Part shown: piece after piece, positions 8,266 through 17,755 of the stretch
Position numbering within the stretch: position 1 is the stretch's first letter
Layout of the letters: each line of letters starts with the position of its first letter
Assembly (NCBI GenBank): GCA_035528115.1
Contig: DATKZF010000003.1
Coordinates: 22,699-86,698 of the forward strand
DNA from: Candidatus Bipolaricaulota bacterium
Lineage (GTDB): Bacteria; Patescibacteriota; Patescibacteriia; UBA11705; DATKZF01
DNA: 64,000 nucleotides
Direction of reading: 5' to 3'
Position numbers and translations under genes: made by a program
The notes under the pieces: generated by a model
Told to the model about the DNA's origin: nothing
Databases searched by the model: none
The model's input: only the letters and a program-made list of their open reading frames with translations

Positions 8266-8640
8266 TTATTTCTTCACAGTTTTTGTAGCCGTTTTTTTCG
8301 GCTCAACCTTCTTTACTCCAGCTTTCACTCCGCCAACGCTTAAAATTTTAATTTGCGTAAAAGGCTGCCGATGTCCGTATTTTCTTCGATATCTGGTTTT
8401 GCTTTTGTACTTGATAACATCAATTTTTTTGGCTCTGCCCTGCTCTATAATTTCCGTTTCGACTTTCTTTGAAGTGAGCGGCAGGCCCAAATCAAAATCC
8501 TTAGCTGAAGCATCAGAGACGAGCATGGCGTCAAACGAAACCTTATCGCCGGCCTGGCCTTCAATTTTTTCTATTTTCAACATTTTGTTAGGAGTAACAA
8601 CGTATTGCTTGCCTCCGGTTTTTATCACTGCAATGATCAT
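8266..8640 (-). CDS. rplU: 50S ribosomal protein L21
   Basis: 124 aa; MIIAVIKTGGKQYVV... is a typical bL21 N-terminus; Lys-rich C-terminal extension. Confidence 0.85.
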   Translation of the reverse strand: MIIAVIKTGGKQYVVTPNKMLKIEKIEGQAGDKVSFDAMLVSDASAKDFDLGLPLTSKKVETEIIEQGRAKKIDVIKYKSKTRYRRKYGHRQPFTQIKILSVGGVKAGVKKVEPKKTATKTVKK

Positions 8641-8770
8641 ATTTTGGAAATTCGTTATATCGAAATTCGAGAATCGTTATCGAAAATCGAAATTAGAAAT
8701 CGGATTATGAATACAAGAGAAATTATAGCTAATCCAATGATTTTCGTCAAGTTTTGATAACCGCGAGGCA

Positions 8771-9874
8771 TCACTCTTTTTCCCTTAATTCTTTGGCTTT
8801 TTTATAAGCGAAAGCCATAATCAACATAAATGTCAAGAGCGCGGCCATGCCCAAAATTAAAAAAGCCAAGCCTTTGGTCTGCAAATACAGCGCCGCTCCG
8901 GCCAAAATCGCGCTGATTAACCACAAAAACACGCTGGCTCTCTTGACGCCGAAACCGGCGTCAAGCAAACGATGATGAAGATGTTTTTTGTCGGAAAAAC
9001 TGAATGATTTTTTTTCCATTTTGCGCCTAATGAGCGTCCAAGCCACGTCGAGTATGGGCAGGCTGAGCAACATCAAGGTCACCGTCACTTTACTGCCTGA
9101 AATAATGGACAGCGTGCCCAACACAAAACCCGTGTACGTGCTGCCGCCTTCGCCGAGAAAAATGGACGCGGGGTGAAAATTGAAAATCAAAAAGCCCAAG
9201 CATACGCCCGCAAAAATGATCGCCAGTAAAGCCACATCCGGCTGAACATCTTTATTCATCAAGGACACCGCGAAAATAAACAGCGCGCCGATTGTCGTAA
9301 TGCCGCCGACCAAGCCATCCAAACCGTCCAAAATTTTCGTGGTGTACATCATGCCCATCAGCCAAATGAAAGTGAACAAATCAGCCAAAAAAGTAACGCG
9401 GTAAGGAATGCCGTGAAACCACAATAAATCGATTTGATATTTGGCCAAATGCCAAATGCCGTCGCCGAACGGATTGGAAATCCAATCAATGCCGATGCCG
9501 GACATGCCTACCGATATTACGGCCAGGATCGGCCAAATGATTTGATATTTGGGTTTTAAATTATATTTGTCATCCAAAATCCCGCCCAACATTAAAAATG
9601 CGCCGCCGAACAGCAAGCCCCAGATGTATTTTATTAAAATGTTGCTGCCGACAAGTTCCTTGGTGAAATAAACATAAATTAAAATCACCGCGTTAAACGC
9701 CAAGAACAAAGCCAGTCCGCCCATTTTAGGAACCGGTTTATGGTGAATTTTTCTGAGGCTATTCGGATAATCCAGAATTTTTAATTTTTTCGCCAGGAAG
9801 CGAACCGTTATGGTCAAAACAACGCCGGACATAAACGCGATCGCTGCCGCGGCGATATAATCGGCGGCATTCAT
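8771..9874 (-). CDS. glycosyltransferase family 4 (MraY/WecA-type phospho-sugar transferase)
   Basis: 367 aa polytopic membrane protein; DDxxN/D-type motifs (ILDDKYNL, LDGLDGL). Confidence 0.75.
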   Translation of the reverse strand: MNAADYIAAAAIAFMSGVVLTITVRFLAKKLKILDYPNSLRKIHHKPVPKMGGLALFLAFNAVILIYVYFTKELVGSNILIKYIWGLLFGGAFLMLGGILDDKYNLKPKYQIIWPILAVISVGMSGIGIDWISNPFGDGIWHLAKYQIDLLWFHGIPYRVTFLADLFTFIWLMGMMYTTKILDGLDGLVGGITTIGALFIFAVSLMNKDVQPDVALLAIIFAGVCLGFLIFNFHPASIFLGEGGSTYTGFVLGTLSIISGSKVTVTLMLLSLPILDVAWTLIRRKMEKKSFSFSDKKHLHHRLLDAGFGVKRASVFLWLISAILAGAALYLQTKGLAFLILGMAALLTFMLIMAFAYKKAKELREKE

Positions 9875-9914
9875 ATTTTGCCTTTATTTTAATAAAAAAA
9901 ACGCGAAATTGCAA

Positions 9915-9981
9915 TCTACGGCGGCCGGCGGGAACGCGATCGTTCCCGCCCGTAGAGACGCGCCATGGCGCGTCTCTACGG
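9915..9981 (-). terminator. tandem GC-rich hairpins followed (on minus strand) by a U-run; terminator of the Clp ATPase gene
   Basis: ctacgg...ggcgggaacgcgatcgttcccgcc...cgtag stem-loop plus perfect 15-bp stem ccgtagagacgcgcc/ggcgcgtctctacgg; T-run at 9891-9899 on the transcript. Confidence 0.55.
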
Positions 9982-10085
9982 CATACGCGCGCGCATCGGC
10001 CGCCGACAAATAAAAAAACGCCTGTCCAGCGTCCTTATTGTTTCATGTTTCATGATCCATGATCCATGCTCCATGCTCCATGACA

Positions 10086-12866
10086 TCACAACGCCTCCGC
10101 CTTTTCCACGTGAATCTTGCCGCCAACGTCAAAAGTCACCGTGTCGCGTCTGCCGATCTGCGCGGTCAATAGATAATTGGCCAAGGCGTCATCGACTTGC
10201 GTTTGGATCACGCGGCGCAGCGGCCTGGCGCCGAATTTCGGATCAAAGCCTTGATGGGCCAAATCTCTGATCGCCTCGTCCGTCGCTTGGAAAGTAATGC
10301 CTTTTTCTTCCAATCGTTTGGCCACCTTGGCGATCAATAATTTCGCTATCGCGTAAACATTTTCTTCTGTCAGCGGTTTGAACACCATAATGCCATCGTA
10401 GCGATTCAAAAACTCCGGCCTGAAATATTCTCTCAATTCCACGTTGAGCAATTGATTTTTTATTTCTTCTATATTTTTATTTTGAGAAACCGCGTCTTGG
10501 ATATAGGAACTGCCCGCGTTCGAAGTCATGATAATAATCAAATTCGTAAAATCAATCGTTCGACCGGTGTTATCAGTTAAACGCCCGTCTTCCATTACCT
10601 GCAAAAATAAATTCAAAACGTCCGGATGCGCTTTTTCTATTTCATCAACGAGCAAAACCGTAAACGGATTTTTTCTGACCGCATCCGTTAAATAACCGCC
10701 TTCTTTGGACGCGCCCGCCGGCGCTCCAATCAGACGGTAAATGCTCTCCGGCGTTTGGTATTCGGACATGTCCAGTCTGATCATGTTTTCTTCACTGCCG
10801 AAATAAATATCGCCCACGGTCTTCGCCAATTCGGTTTTGCCGACTCCGGTCGGGCCCAAGAAAAGCAAACTGGCGATCGGCCGATCGCCTTCGCGAAGCT
10901 CGGCTCTGGCGCGACGCAAACTTGACGCGACCATTTTCACGGCTTCTTCCTGCCCGATGATTCGGTGATGTATTTCTTCTTCTAGATTCAATAATTTACT
11001 GGCTTCTTTTTGCGTTATTTTCGAAACAGGGATCGAAGTTTTCTCACTGATGAATTTGGCCACATCGTCGCCCGTGACGATTTGATTTTCTCCGCGCTCC
11101 TTTCTCACGGCAATGCCCACTTGTTCTATGATTTCCAAAGCCTTTTGCGGCAAATATTTATCATGAAGATAACGGGAAGACAAAACAACCGCTTTATCCA
11201 AACTGTCATATGAAAAGAAAACCTTGTTGGCGTATTCGATCGGTCCGCTCTTGGCCTCAAGCACCTGAATCGCTTCGTTTATTTCCGGTTCCTCCACTTT
11301 AATATTTTGGAACGAACCGGCCAGCGAGCTGGCCTCGATGTTCGCGAAATCAGCCGGCGTGGTCGTGGCCACGGAAAAGAATTGCTTACTGGTTAAAATA
11401 TCGGCCAGAACCTCTCCCAAATCCAAACCCGCTTCTTGCCCGGCCGTAATGCCGATCATGTCGTGAATATTTTCAATGGCTATAACTATATTTCTCGCGC
11501 GAGACGCTTCAGCCATGGCTTGAAGCAGCCGCTCTTCCGCCTGAGCCGGCGTGGCGCCGCTGACCAAATACGGCACGGATAAACTGACCAAGCGCTTATC
11601 TTTTAACATATCCGGCACATCGTCGGCGATCATCTTTTGCGCCAAGCCTTCCAAAATTGAAGTCTTGCCCACCCCCGAAAAACCCACAAGAAGCGCGCTG
11701 CTTCTCGAGCCTTCGATGATTCTGAAAATTTCTTCGAATTCTTTTTCGCGGTCAACGCACGGGAAAAGCGCGCCGACTCTGGCCGCTTGCGTCAAATCAC
11801 GGCTGATTTGATTCAAAAACGGCGTGGCCGTGGCGGTCATGGCGCGATCAATGCCGCTTTTGCTTTTCAATCTGGCGCGAGAGCGATATCTTGAAATCTG
11901 CCCGATCAATTGATTTTGAATTTTTATCCACACCACCACATTGAACAATTTCTGCCTGTTCAAGTCCAAATCAAGCAGCAGCTCGCCGATATAATCTTTT
12001 TCCAAATCGACAAAAAGCTCTTTAATCGTAAACGCGGCGGCCAAATCGGTCACCTCAACTTTTACTTTATCGTCCATCATGGCTTGCCAATAAGCCATGA
12101 TCAAAATTTTCTTGGCGGTCAATGACAAACGCGGCATTCCCCCGACCGCGGATCGCTGAGACAAAATATTATTGATCTTTTCCTGAATGACTTCTTTATA
12201 AAGTCCCAGTCGGCTAAAAATTATCATGCCGGGCTGGCTTTCCGGCAACACGTAAAATAGGCGCAATTCGCCGATTTGAGGTTCGCTGACGCTTTGCGCC
12301 GCGAAAAATGCTTTGTCTATCAACATTGATGTTTGATCGTTGTAGGATTTGGCAACGTCGATCAAATCGCTTTTCGGCCTGGCCAAAACATCTTGCCAAT
12401 CCGTGGGCAACGAAGAAAACAGCGAATCTTCGTCTCTGTACTCTTTTTTCAAAACTTTGAATTTGGGATCGGTTTCCTGATCAATACGATAATACAAATA
12501 CAAGTCGCCGACGACTGTCAGCCAAAAATAAAATTTTTCAAAACTCGGCTGACGAAACCAATAGTCGAAGGAATACGCCGGCGCGAAATCCAATTTGTAA
12601 AGCTGCCAAAACAAAATGAAAAAACCGCTCAAGCCCAGCAGGATCAAAATGATATTGATGGCCGCCTTGATTGACTTGGTGAATTTTTCATAATAAATGC
12701 TCCAAGTGTCGATTCTCTTGCCCCAATAAAAAACTTTATTTTTGAAAAATAAAACCGCGCCCAAGCCTTGGCAAACTCGGCACGTTTTGTCTTCGATCAC
12801 GCCGGCGCCTTTGCAAGCGTCGCAGACTAAAAACGGCAATTTTTTCAATGGTTTTTTTTCAGTCAT
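10086..12866 (-). CDS. membrane-anchored Clp/Hsp100-family AAA+ ATPase (two AAA+ modules; N-terminal zinc ribbon plus TM helices)
   Basis: 926 aa; N-terminal CxxC...CxxC (CDACKGAG...CRVCQG); TM helices (ILILLGLSGFFILFW); AAA+ domain 1 GFSGVGKTSI; AAA+ domain 2 GPTGVGKTELAK and VDEIEKAHPDV. Confidence 0.8.
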   Translation of the reverse strand: MTEKKPLKKLPFLVCDACKGAGVIEDKTCRVCQGLGAVLFFKNKVFYWGKRIDTWSIYYEKFTKSIKAAINIILILLGLSGFFILFWQLYKLDFAPAYSFDYWFRQPSFEKFYFWLTVVGDLYLYYRIDQETDPKFKVLKKEYRDEDSLFSSLPTDWQDVLARPKSDLIDVAKSYNDQTSMLIDKAFFAAQSVSEPQIGELRLFYVLPESQPGMIIFSRLGLYKEVIQEKINNILSQRSAVGGMPRLSLTAKKILIMAYWQAMMDDKVKVEVTDLAAAFTIKELFVDLEKDYIGELLLDLDLNRQKLFNVVVWIKIQNQLIGQISRYRSRARLKSKSGIDRAMTATATPFLNQISRDLTQAARVGALFPCVDREKEFEEIFRIIEGSRSSALLVGFSGVGKTSILEGLAQKMIADDVPDMLKDKRLVSLSVPYLVSGATPAQAEERLLQAMAEASRARNIVIAIENIHDMIGITAGQEAGLDLGEVLADILTSKQFFSVATTTPADFANIEASSLAGSFQNIKVEEPEINEAIQVLEAKSGPIEYANKVFFSYDSLDKAVVLSSRYLHDKYLPQKALEIIEQVGIAVRKERGENQIVTGDDVAKFISEKTSIPVSKITQKEASKLLNLEEEIHHRIIGQEEAVKMVASSLRRARAELREGDRPIASLLFLGPTGVGKTELAKTVGDIYFGSEENMIRLDMSEYQTPESIYRLIGAPAGASKEGGYLTDAVRKNPFTVLLVDEIEKAHPDVLNLFLQVMEDGRLTDNTGRTIDFTNLIIIMTSNAGSSYIQDAVSQNKNIEEIKNQLLNVELREYFRPEFLNRYDGIMVFKPLTEENVYAIAKLLIAKVAKRLEEKGITFQATDEAIRDLAHQGFDPKFGARPLRRVIQTQVDDALANYLLTAQIGRRDTVTFDVGGKIHVEKAEAL

Positions 12867-12872
12867 GTGAAT

Positions 12873-13292
12873 TTATTTAAAAACCGGCAAACCCAAATTG
12901 GCTAGGATCATCATTAAAACGAAAATCGGAAAAATAAGACGAATTAAAAAAACAAACGCGTAAAACACCGCCAAAAAGCAAAAACCGATAAAGCGAATGA
13001 CAACCATGGCGAGGCGCACGAACAAACTGACCAGCCTCCCCTGCCAATCCGTCTGGCCGAACATCGGGGTAAAAATATTTTTGGCCCAAAGCGTCAAGGC
13101 CATGTTTTCATTGGCGTGTCGCAGATTATTGCCCAAACTTCTCCATCCCTTGGCCAGACCTTTCGTGTACCACCAAATCGGAAAATAAAAAACATCTCCA
13201 ATCAGATCCTTGAAGAAAAATTTCAGCGATTTCAAAAACAGACTTTGCTCCATAGAATTTGTTTCGTCTACTATATTATAACATAAAAACAA
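12873..13292 (-). CDS. hypothetical membrane protein
   Basis: 139 aa; C-terminal hydrophobic helices. Confidence 0.4.
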   Translation of the reverse strand: MFLCYNIVDETNSMEQSLFLKSLKFFFKDLIGDVFYFPIWWYTKGLAKGWRSLGNNLRHANENMALTLWAKNIFTPMFGQTDWQGRLVSLFVRLAMVVIRFIGFCFLAVFYAFVFLIRLIFPIFVLMMILANLGLPVFK

Positions 13293-13393
13293 AGAAACAG
13301 AGAAACGCGGGTAGCGGTGGCGGTCTTGTGTAGGGACAGGTCACTGCCATGTCCTCGAATAGGCGATAATAATCCAAATTTATCGGCACCGAG

Positions 13394-13425
13394 TCGTAGG
13401 AACACAAAATTTTGTATTCCTACGA
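13394..13425 (-). terminator. hairpin terminator downstream of dNK
   Basis: tcgtaggaacac-aaaatttt-gtattcctacga, 12-bp stem with one mismatch. Confidence 0.45.
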
Positions 13426-13428
13426 CGC

Positions 13429-14043
13429 CTAATCCATTAAGTAAGATGAAATTTTTGAAATGAAATCATCAAAATCCTCCTGATTGTGTTTCAAATCCAC
13501 CTTGTCGTAATCAATGGTCAAAACCGGCGCGACTTTGAAATTCTCCGTCCACTCCGCATAAAGTTTGTTAAGCGACTCGACATATTCCCTGGAAATCAAA
13601 TTTTCGAATTCCCGACCGCGCTTTTTCACCCGCGCCATAATGGTTTCCGTCGAGGCCTTCAAATAAATCACCACGTCCGGAGCGGGTAAAATATTCAAAC
13701 AGATTTTGTAAAATTTTTGATAAACTTGCCAATCCCGAGTGGAAATAAAACCTTGGAGAAACAAGTTTTTGGCGAACACTTCCGAATTCTCATATAAACT
13801 GCGATCCAAGATCACAGAGCCGGGATTGATCGACAAATTATATTGATCCTCCAGCCGTTTTGATAAAAAATAAAGCTGGGATAAAAACGCCCACTTGTTC
13901 ATGTCCTGGTAAAAATCAGCCAAGTAAGGATTTTCCACAGCCGGCTCGACATAAGACGACCAGTTGAAATATTCGGCCAATTTTTTCGACAAAGTTGTCT
14001 TGCCCACGCCGATATTGCCGGCGATGGCTATAAACTTTTTCAT
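13429..14043 (-). CDS. deoxynucleoside kinase (dNK family)
   Basis: 204 aa; P-loop IAIAGNIGVGKTTL; dNK-type ERS/DR motifs. Confidence 0.8.
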   Translation of the reverse strand: MKKFIAIAGNIGVGKTTLSKKLAEYFNWSSYVEPAVENPYLADFYQDMNKWAFLSQLYFLSKRLEDQYNLSINPGSVILDRSLYENSEVFAKNLFLQGFISTRDWQVYQKFYKICLNILPAPDVVIYLKASTETIMARVKKRGREFENLISREYVESLNKLYAEWTENFKVAPVLTIDYDKVDLKHNQEDFDDFISKISSYLMD

Positions 14044-14057
14044 ACCGCTAATTTGCT

Positions 14058-14250
14058 GTTAGTTACAAATTACATTCACCTATAGCTTTAATCCTGAGAA
14101 TCTTGTAATTCCTGCCTGCTCCTCGAGTCTGAGCGACCTCGGAGTCGAAGACCGGCAGGCAGGCGTAACAGATGACCTAGAAGCTTAATAGCGGATTGTA
14201 ATTCGTAACAAATAACCTGAAAGCTAAATAATCGATTGTAATTCGTAACA
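14058..14250. repeat. MITE-like element family A (TIR ttgttacgaattacaa) with nested family B palindrome
   Basis: shares gtaatttgtaac / ttgtaattcgtaaca termini and an internal agctttcaggttatttgttac module with five other copies in the window. Confidence 0.7.
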
Positions 14251-16224
14251 TTAATCATAATAAATCGTCCTATCCTGCGAATCATTATCCAAATACGCGT
14301 TAAAATAATCATCCCCGCCCACGGTCACGTAAAGCGAAGGCTCCAATTCCTTGATGAACATGGACGGCTGATTTATCATTTCTCCGTATTCATAACTGAT
14401 GGTTCTGATCGGATAAATCATGGATAGTTCCTCCTTCGCCCGAGTAACGGCCACGTAAAAAAGCCGGCGCTCTTCTTCGAGCTGCGCCCGATCTTCCATT
14501 GATTTATGATGAGGGAACGCGCCGTCGCAAAGGCCTATAATAATGACATATGGCCATTCCAGGCCTTTGGCCTGATGGATGGTGGACAAGACCACTTCAT
14601 CTCGCGCCTCGGCGTCATTACGCCGATAACTTTCGCTGAGCATCACGTCGGTCAGCAGATCTTCGAGTTTTTCATAAGTGACCACGAAATTCATCAGCTG
14701 CCTGATGTCGTCGAGCCGGTCGCGATAGTTTTCAAAAACATTTCTGGCGTACTCTTTGTAATCCAAATCCAAAACGCATTTGATCATGTCCGCGATGCCG
14801 CGATTGTTTTCCTTTATTTCAAACATTTTTCTCAAAATATTGTTCAAATCATTCCAGCTGGCGCTCGCCCTCGAGCCGACCTGAATCTTAGTCGCCAAAA
14901 CTTCGTTCAAACTTTCGAACTTTTGAATTTTTTTCCAAATAGCGTCCGCGTTTTTCACGCCAATGCCTTCGCGCATTTTCAACAAACGCTTCCAGGAAAT
15001 CTCGTCCCTGAAATTTTGAATGATTTTCAAATATGAAACAATGTCTTTGATATGAGCCTGCTCGAAATAACGCAAACCGCCGCGAACGACATAAGGAATG
15101 TTTCTTTTGCTCATTTCCAGCTGCAATTCCGCGGATTGAAAAGTCGAGCGAAACAAAACCGCAGCCTCGCGCAAAGCTCGGCCTTTGTCTTTGATTTCCA
15201 AAATCCTATTGACCACCATGCTAGCCTGCTGATAAACGTCGCGCGCCGGAATGAGAATCGGCAAAATGCCATCGGGTTTATGAGTATTCAAATTTTTCCT
15301 AAATTGATCCTTGTTTTTTTCAATGCTGGCGTTGGCCAGATCCAAAATCTGCGGAGTCGAGCGGTAATTGGTTTCCAATTTGTAAATTTTTGCGTTTTCA
15401 AATCTTTTGGGAAAATTCAAAATGTTTTTTATATCCGCGGCGCGAAAAGAATAAATGCTCTGCGAATCGTCGCCGACCACCAAGACATTTTGATGAACGG
15501 ACGCCAATTCGTAAATTATTTCCGCTTGAATATGATTGGTGTCCTGATACTCATCCACCAAAATATAATGGAATCTCTCTGATAATTTGGTTTTGGTTTC
15601 CGGGAATTTTTTGAGCAAATCCAGCCACTTGGTCAAAAGATCATCAAAATCCATCAAGTTGGCCGATTTTTTCTTTTCCTCGTAGGAGGCCGCCACGTCA
15701 TCGATTTTATGGCTGACAAAATCGGGATAGCCGTAAATCTCCTCGGCCACTTCCAGCACGGGTTTTCTCGTGTTAAAAGCGAATGAAATTATGGAATGAA
15801 CCAAATCGGCTTTGGGAAAATCGTGGCCTTTGGTTTTTATGCCGAAATCTTCATAAACCGATTTCAATAATGTCACGCTGTCGTCTTGATCCAAAATATT
15901 AAAATTGCTTTGATAACCCAGCTTAGCCGCGTATTGTCTTAAAATCACGTTGCCGATATGGTGAAACGTGCCGGCCCAAAACTTCTTCGGCTCAAAGCCC
16001 AGCAATTTTTTTATTCGCTCCATCATTTCATTGGCCGCTTTATTGGTGAAAGTGACCAATAAAATATTTTCCGGCGAAACGCCTTTTTCAATCAAATACG
16101 CGACACGATAAACCAAAGTTCTGGTTTTTCCGCTGCCCGCTCCGGCCAAAACCAAAGCCGGCCCGTCCGCTTCGCTGACGACCTTGTATTGTTCTTCGTT
16201 CAGTTCCTTTTTAAAATCTATCAT
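14251..16224 (-). CDS. uvrD: ATP-dependent DNA helicase UvrD/PcrA family
   Basis: 657 aa; motif I AGAGSGKTRTL; motif II VDEYQDTN; UvrD-like C-terminal domain. Confidence 0.85.
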   Translation of the reverse strand: MIDFKKELNEEQYKVVSEADGPALVLAGAGSGKTRTLVYRVAYLIEKGVSPENILLVTFTNKAANEMMERIKKLLGFEPKKFWAGTFHHIGNVILRQYAAKLGYQSNFNILDQDDSVTLLKSVYEDFGIKTKGHDFPKADLVHSIISFAFNTRKPVLEVAEEIYGYPDFVSHKIDDVAASYEEKKKSANLMDFDDLLTKWLDLLKKFPETKTKLSERFHYILVDEYQDTNHIQAEIIYELASVHQNVLVVGDDSQSIYSFRAADIKNILNFPKRFENAKIYKLETNYRSTPQILDLANASIEKNKDQFRKNLNTHKPDGILPILIPARDVYQQASMVVNRILEIKDKGRALREAAVLFRSTFQSAELQLEMSKRNIPYVVRGGLRYFEQAHIKDIVSYLKIIQNFRDEISWKRLLKMREGIGVKNADAIWKKIQKFESLNEVLATKIQVGSRASASWNDLNNILRKMFEIKENNRGIADMIKCVLDLDYKEYARNVFENYRDRLDDIRQLMNFVVTYEKLEDLLTDVMLSESYRRNDAEARDEVVLSTIHQAKGLEWPYVIIIGLCDGAFPHHKSMEDRAQLEEERRLFYVAVTRAKEELSMIYPIRTISYEYGEMINQPSMFIKELEPSLYVTVGGDDYFNAYLDNDSQDRTIYYD

Positions 16225-16316
16225 ATTGAGTATACGAGATTACAGATTTGCGTACAGATTATACGAGATAATTCCAATCTGTATAATCTCGTATGTTTAT
16301 CTGTAATCTCGTAACC

Positions 16317-16847
16317 TCAATTCACTGAGAACTCGCAGCCGCAATAATTCTGCCTATGAAAATGTTCCTTATCGCAAATCTCGCAAGACTTTTTGAACCC
16401 GTCTCCCTTTCTCCAAATATTATCAATAAATGTCACTCCGTACATGGCCGCCATTTCATGGCCGATTTCATTGATCAATTCCGCCGGTTTGTGCGGACTG
16501 ACCGTCAGGGTCGCGGCGATGGCGTCAAATCCGTTTTCGCTCGCGACTTGAGCCGTTTCCGACAATCTGAGCGTAAAATCGACTTCACAGCGCTTGCCTT
16601 TCTCCGGTTCTTTTTCCAAACCTTTGATTTTTTCCAACCAGGCGCCATGATCGTATTCTCCTTCGATTAAATTCACATCGTATTTTTCGCAAAGTTTTTT
16701 CGCTTCGCTTAATCTCAAATCATATTCTTCTTTGGGAAAAACATTGGGATTATAAAAAAAAGCGGTTACATCCCACCCCATTTCTTTTAATTTTTCAATA
16801 ACATAACCGCCGCACGGAGCGCAGCAGATGTGAAGCAATACTTTCAT
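16317..16847 (-). CDS. queH: epoxyqueuosine reductase QueH (DUF208)
   Basis: LLHICCAPC N-terminal Cys motif and C-terminal CGC; start moved to the MKVLL ATG at 16847. Confidence 0.7.
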   Translation of the reverse strand: MKVLLHICCAPCGGYVIEKLKEMGWDVTAFFYNPNVFPKEEYDLRLSEAKKLCEKYDVNLIEGEYDHGAWLEKIKGLEKEPEKGKRCEVDFTLRLSETAQVASENGFDAIAATLTVSPHKPAELINEIGHEMAAMYGVTFIDNIWRKGDGFKKSCEICDKEHFHRQNYCGCEFSVN

Positions 16848-16975
16848 AAACTCTAAATTCGAAATCCTAAACAATATCGAAATTCCAATTTCCCAATGTT
16901 CCAAACGTTTGGAATTTAGTGTTTTGAAAATTAAAATTTGTTTAGGATTTAGAGATTAGTGTTTAGAATTTTTTA

Positions 16976-17320
16976 TTATTCTTCTCTTCTCAAAAGCAAT
17001 CCCGTCAGAGTCGTCACCAAAGTGTACAACAACGCGCCCAAAACCGCCGCCCAAAATCCGCTGACCGCAAATCCTTTGATGAATGTGGACACAAGCCAGA
17101 ACATCAGGCCGTTGATGATTAAATTGGACAAACCAAGCGTTAAAATGGTGATCGGCAAAGTTAAAAGTTTGAGAATATTTCCGATAATCGCGTTGACTAT
17201 TCCCAAAATAAGCACGAGGATCAAGGCGATGTAAAATTTTTCTACGCCGATACCCGGCACCAAATACGCAATGGCCAATAGCCCGAGAGCGTTCAGCAGC
17301 CAAGTTAAAATTAGTCTCAT
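16976..17320 (-). CDS. YvlD-like membrane protein (phage holin 4_2 / DUF360 family)
   Basis: LLNALGLLAIAYLVPGIGV...LTLPITILTLGL...NGLMFWLV closely matches B. subtilis YvlD-type sequences; start at MRLILT with SD aggagaaaat. Confidence 0.7.
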   Translation of the reverse strand: MRLILTWLLNALGLLAIAYLVPGIGVEKFYIALILVLILGIVNAIIGNILKLLTLPITILTLGLSNLIINGLMFWLVSTFIKGFAVSGFWAAVLGALLYTLVTTLTGLLLRREE

Positions 17321-17355
17321 ATTTTCTCCTGTAGCATGAAACATGAATCACGCTT

Positions 17356-17721
17356 TTAATGATTATCCAGTCCATTAAACGTCTTCCAAAGCATTGCGCC
17401 TATCTCGTCAGCCAACGCTTTCGCTTTCTGAAAATCACCCACAATCTCAATATAGCCTTCTTCTTTGGCAAAATCCATTAAATAAACGGATTCCTTCAGC
17501 GAACCATAAGCGATTTCCAAAAAATTTCGATGCACTTTATTTTTTATTCTGGCGTATCCTTCAATATAATTTAATATAACCGACAAAGCCGATCTCCTCA
17601 ATTGAGAAGTAACCCCATATAATTCCTCTATAGGAAAACATTTTGAAATTTTATAAACCAAATGCACATACTCATTCATCTTTTGTCTCATTATCCCATG
17701 AAATGTATTTTCATCTTCCAT
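17356..17721 (-). CDS. four-helix-bundle protein (23S rRNA intervening-sequence protein family)
   Basis: 121 aa; YK...ELYGVTSQLRRSALSVILNYIEGYAR...EIAYGSLKE matches the TIGR02436-type consensus. Confidence 0.7.
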   Translation of the reverse strand: MEDENTFHGIMRQKMNEYVHLVYKISKCFPIEELYGVTSQLRRSALSVILNYIEGYARIKNKVHRNFLEIAYGSLKESVYLMDFAKEEGYIEIVGDFQKAKALADEIGAMLWKTFNGLDNH

Positions 17722-17755
17722 ATTGTTTCATGATTCATGTTTCATGATTCATGCT

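Noticed and set aside
7879-8343. 154-aa plus-strand ORF antisense to the 7894..8148 gene and rplU
   Set aside because: It overlaps the rplU 3' end antisense and has no RBS. The minus-strand ORF has a strong ggaggagga SD.
9965-10270. 101-aa plus-strand ORF 9965..10270
   Set aside because: It spans the GC-rich terminator hairpins and the antisense strand of the Clp ATPase 3' end, and gives an Arg-rich low-complexity translation.
14506-15614. Plus-strand ORFs antisense to uvrD (14506..15036, 15052..15582, 15390..15614)
   Set aside because: They lie entirely within the well-supported uvrD gene on the opposite strand and have no independent signals.
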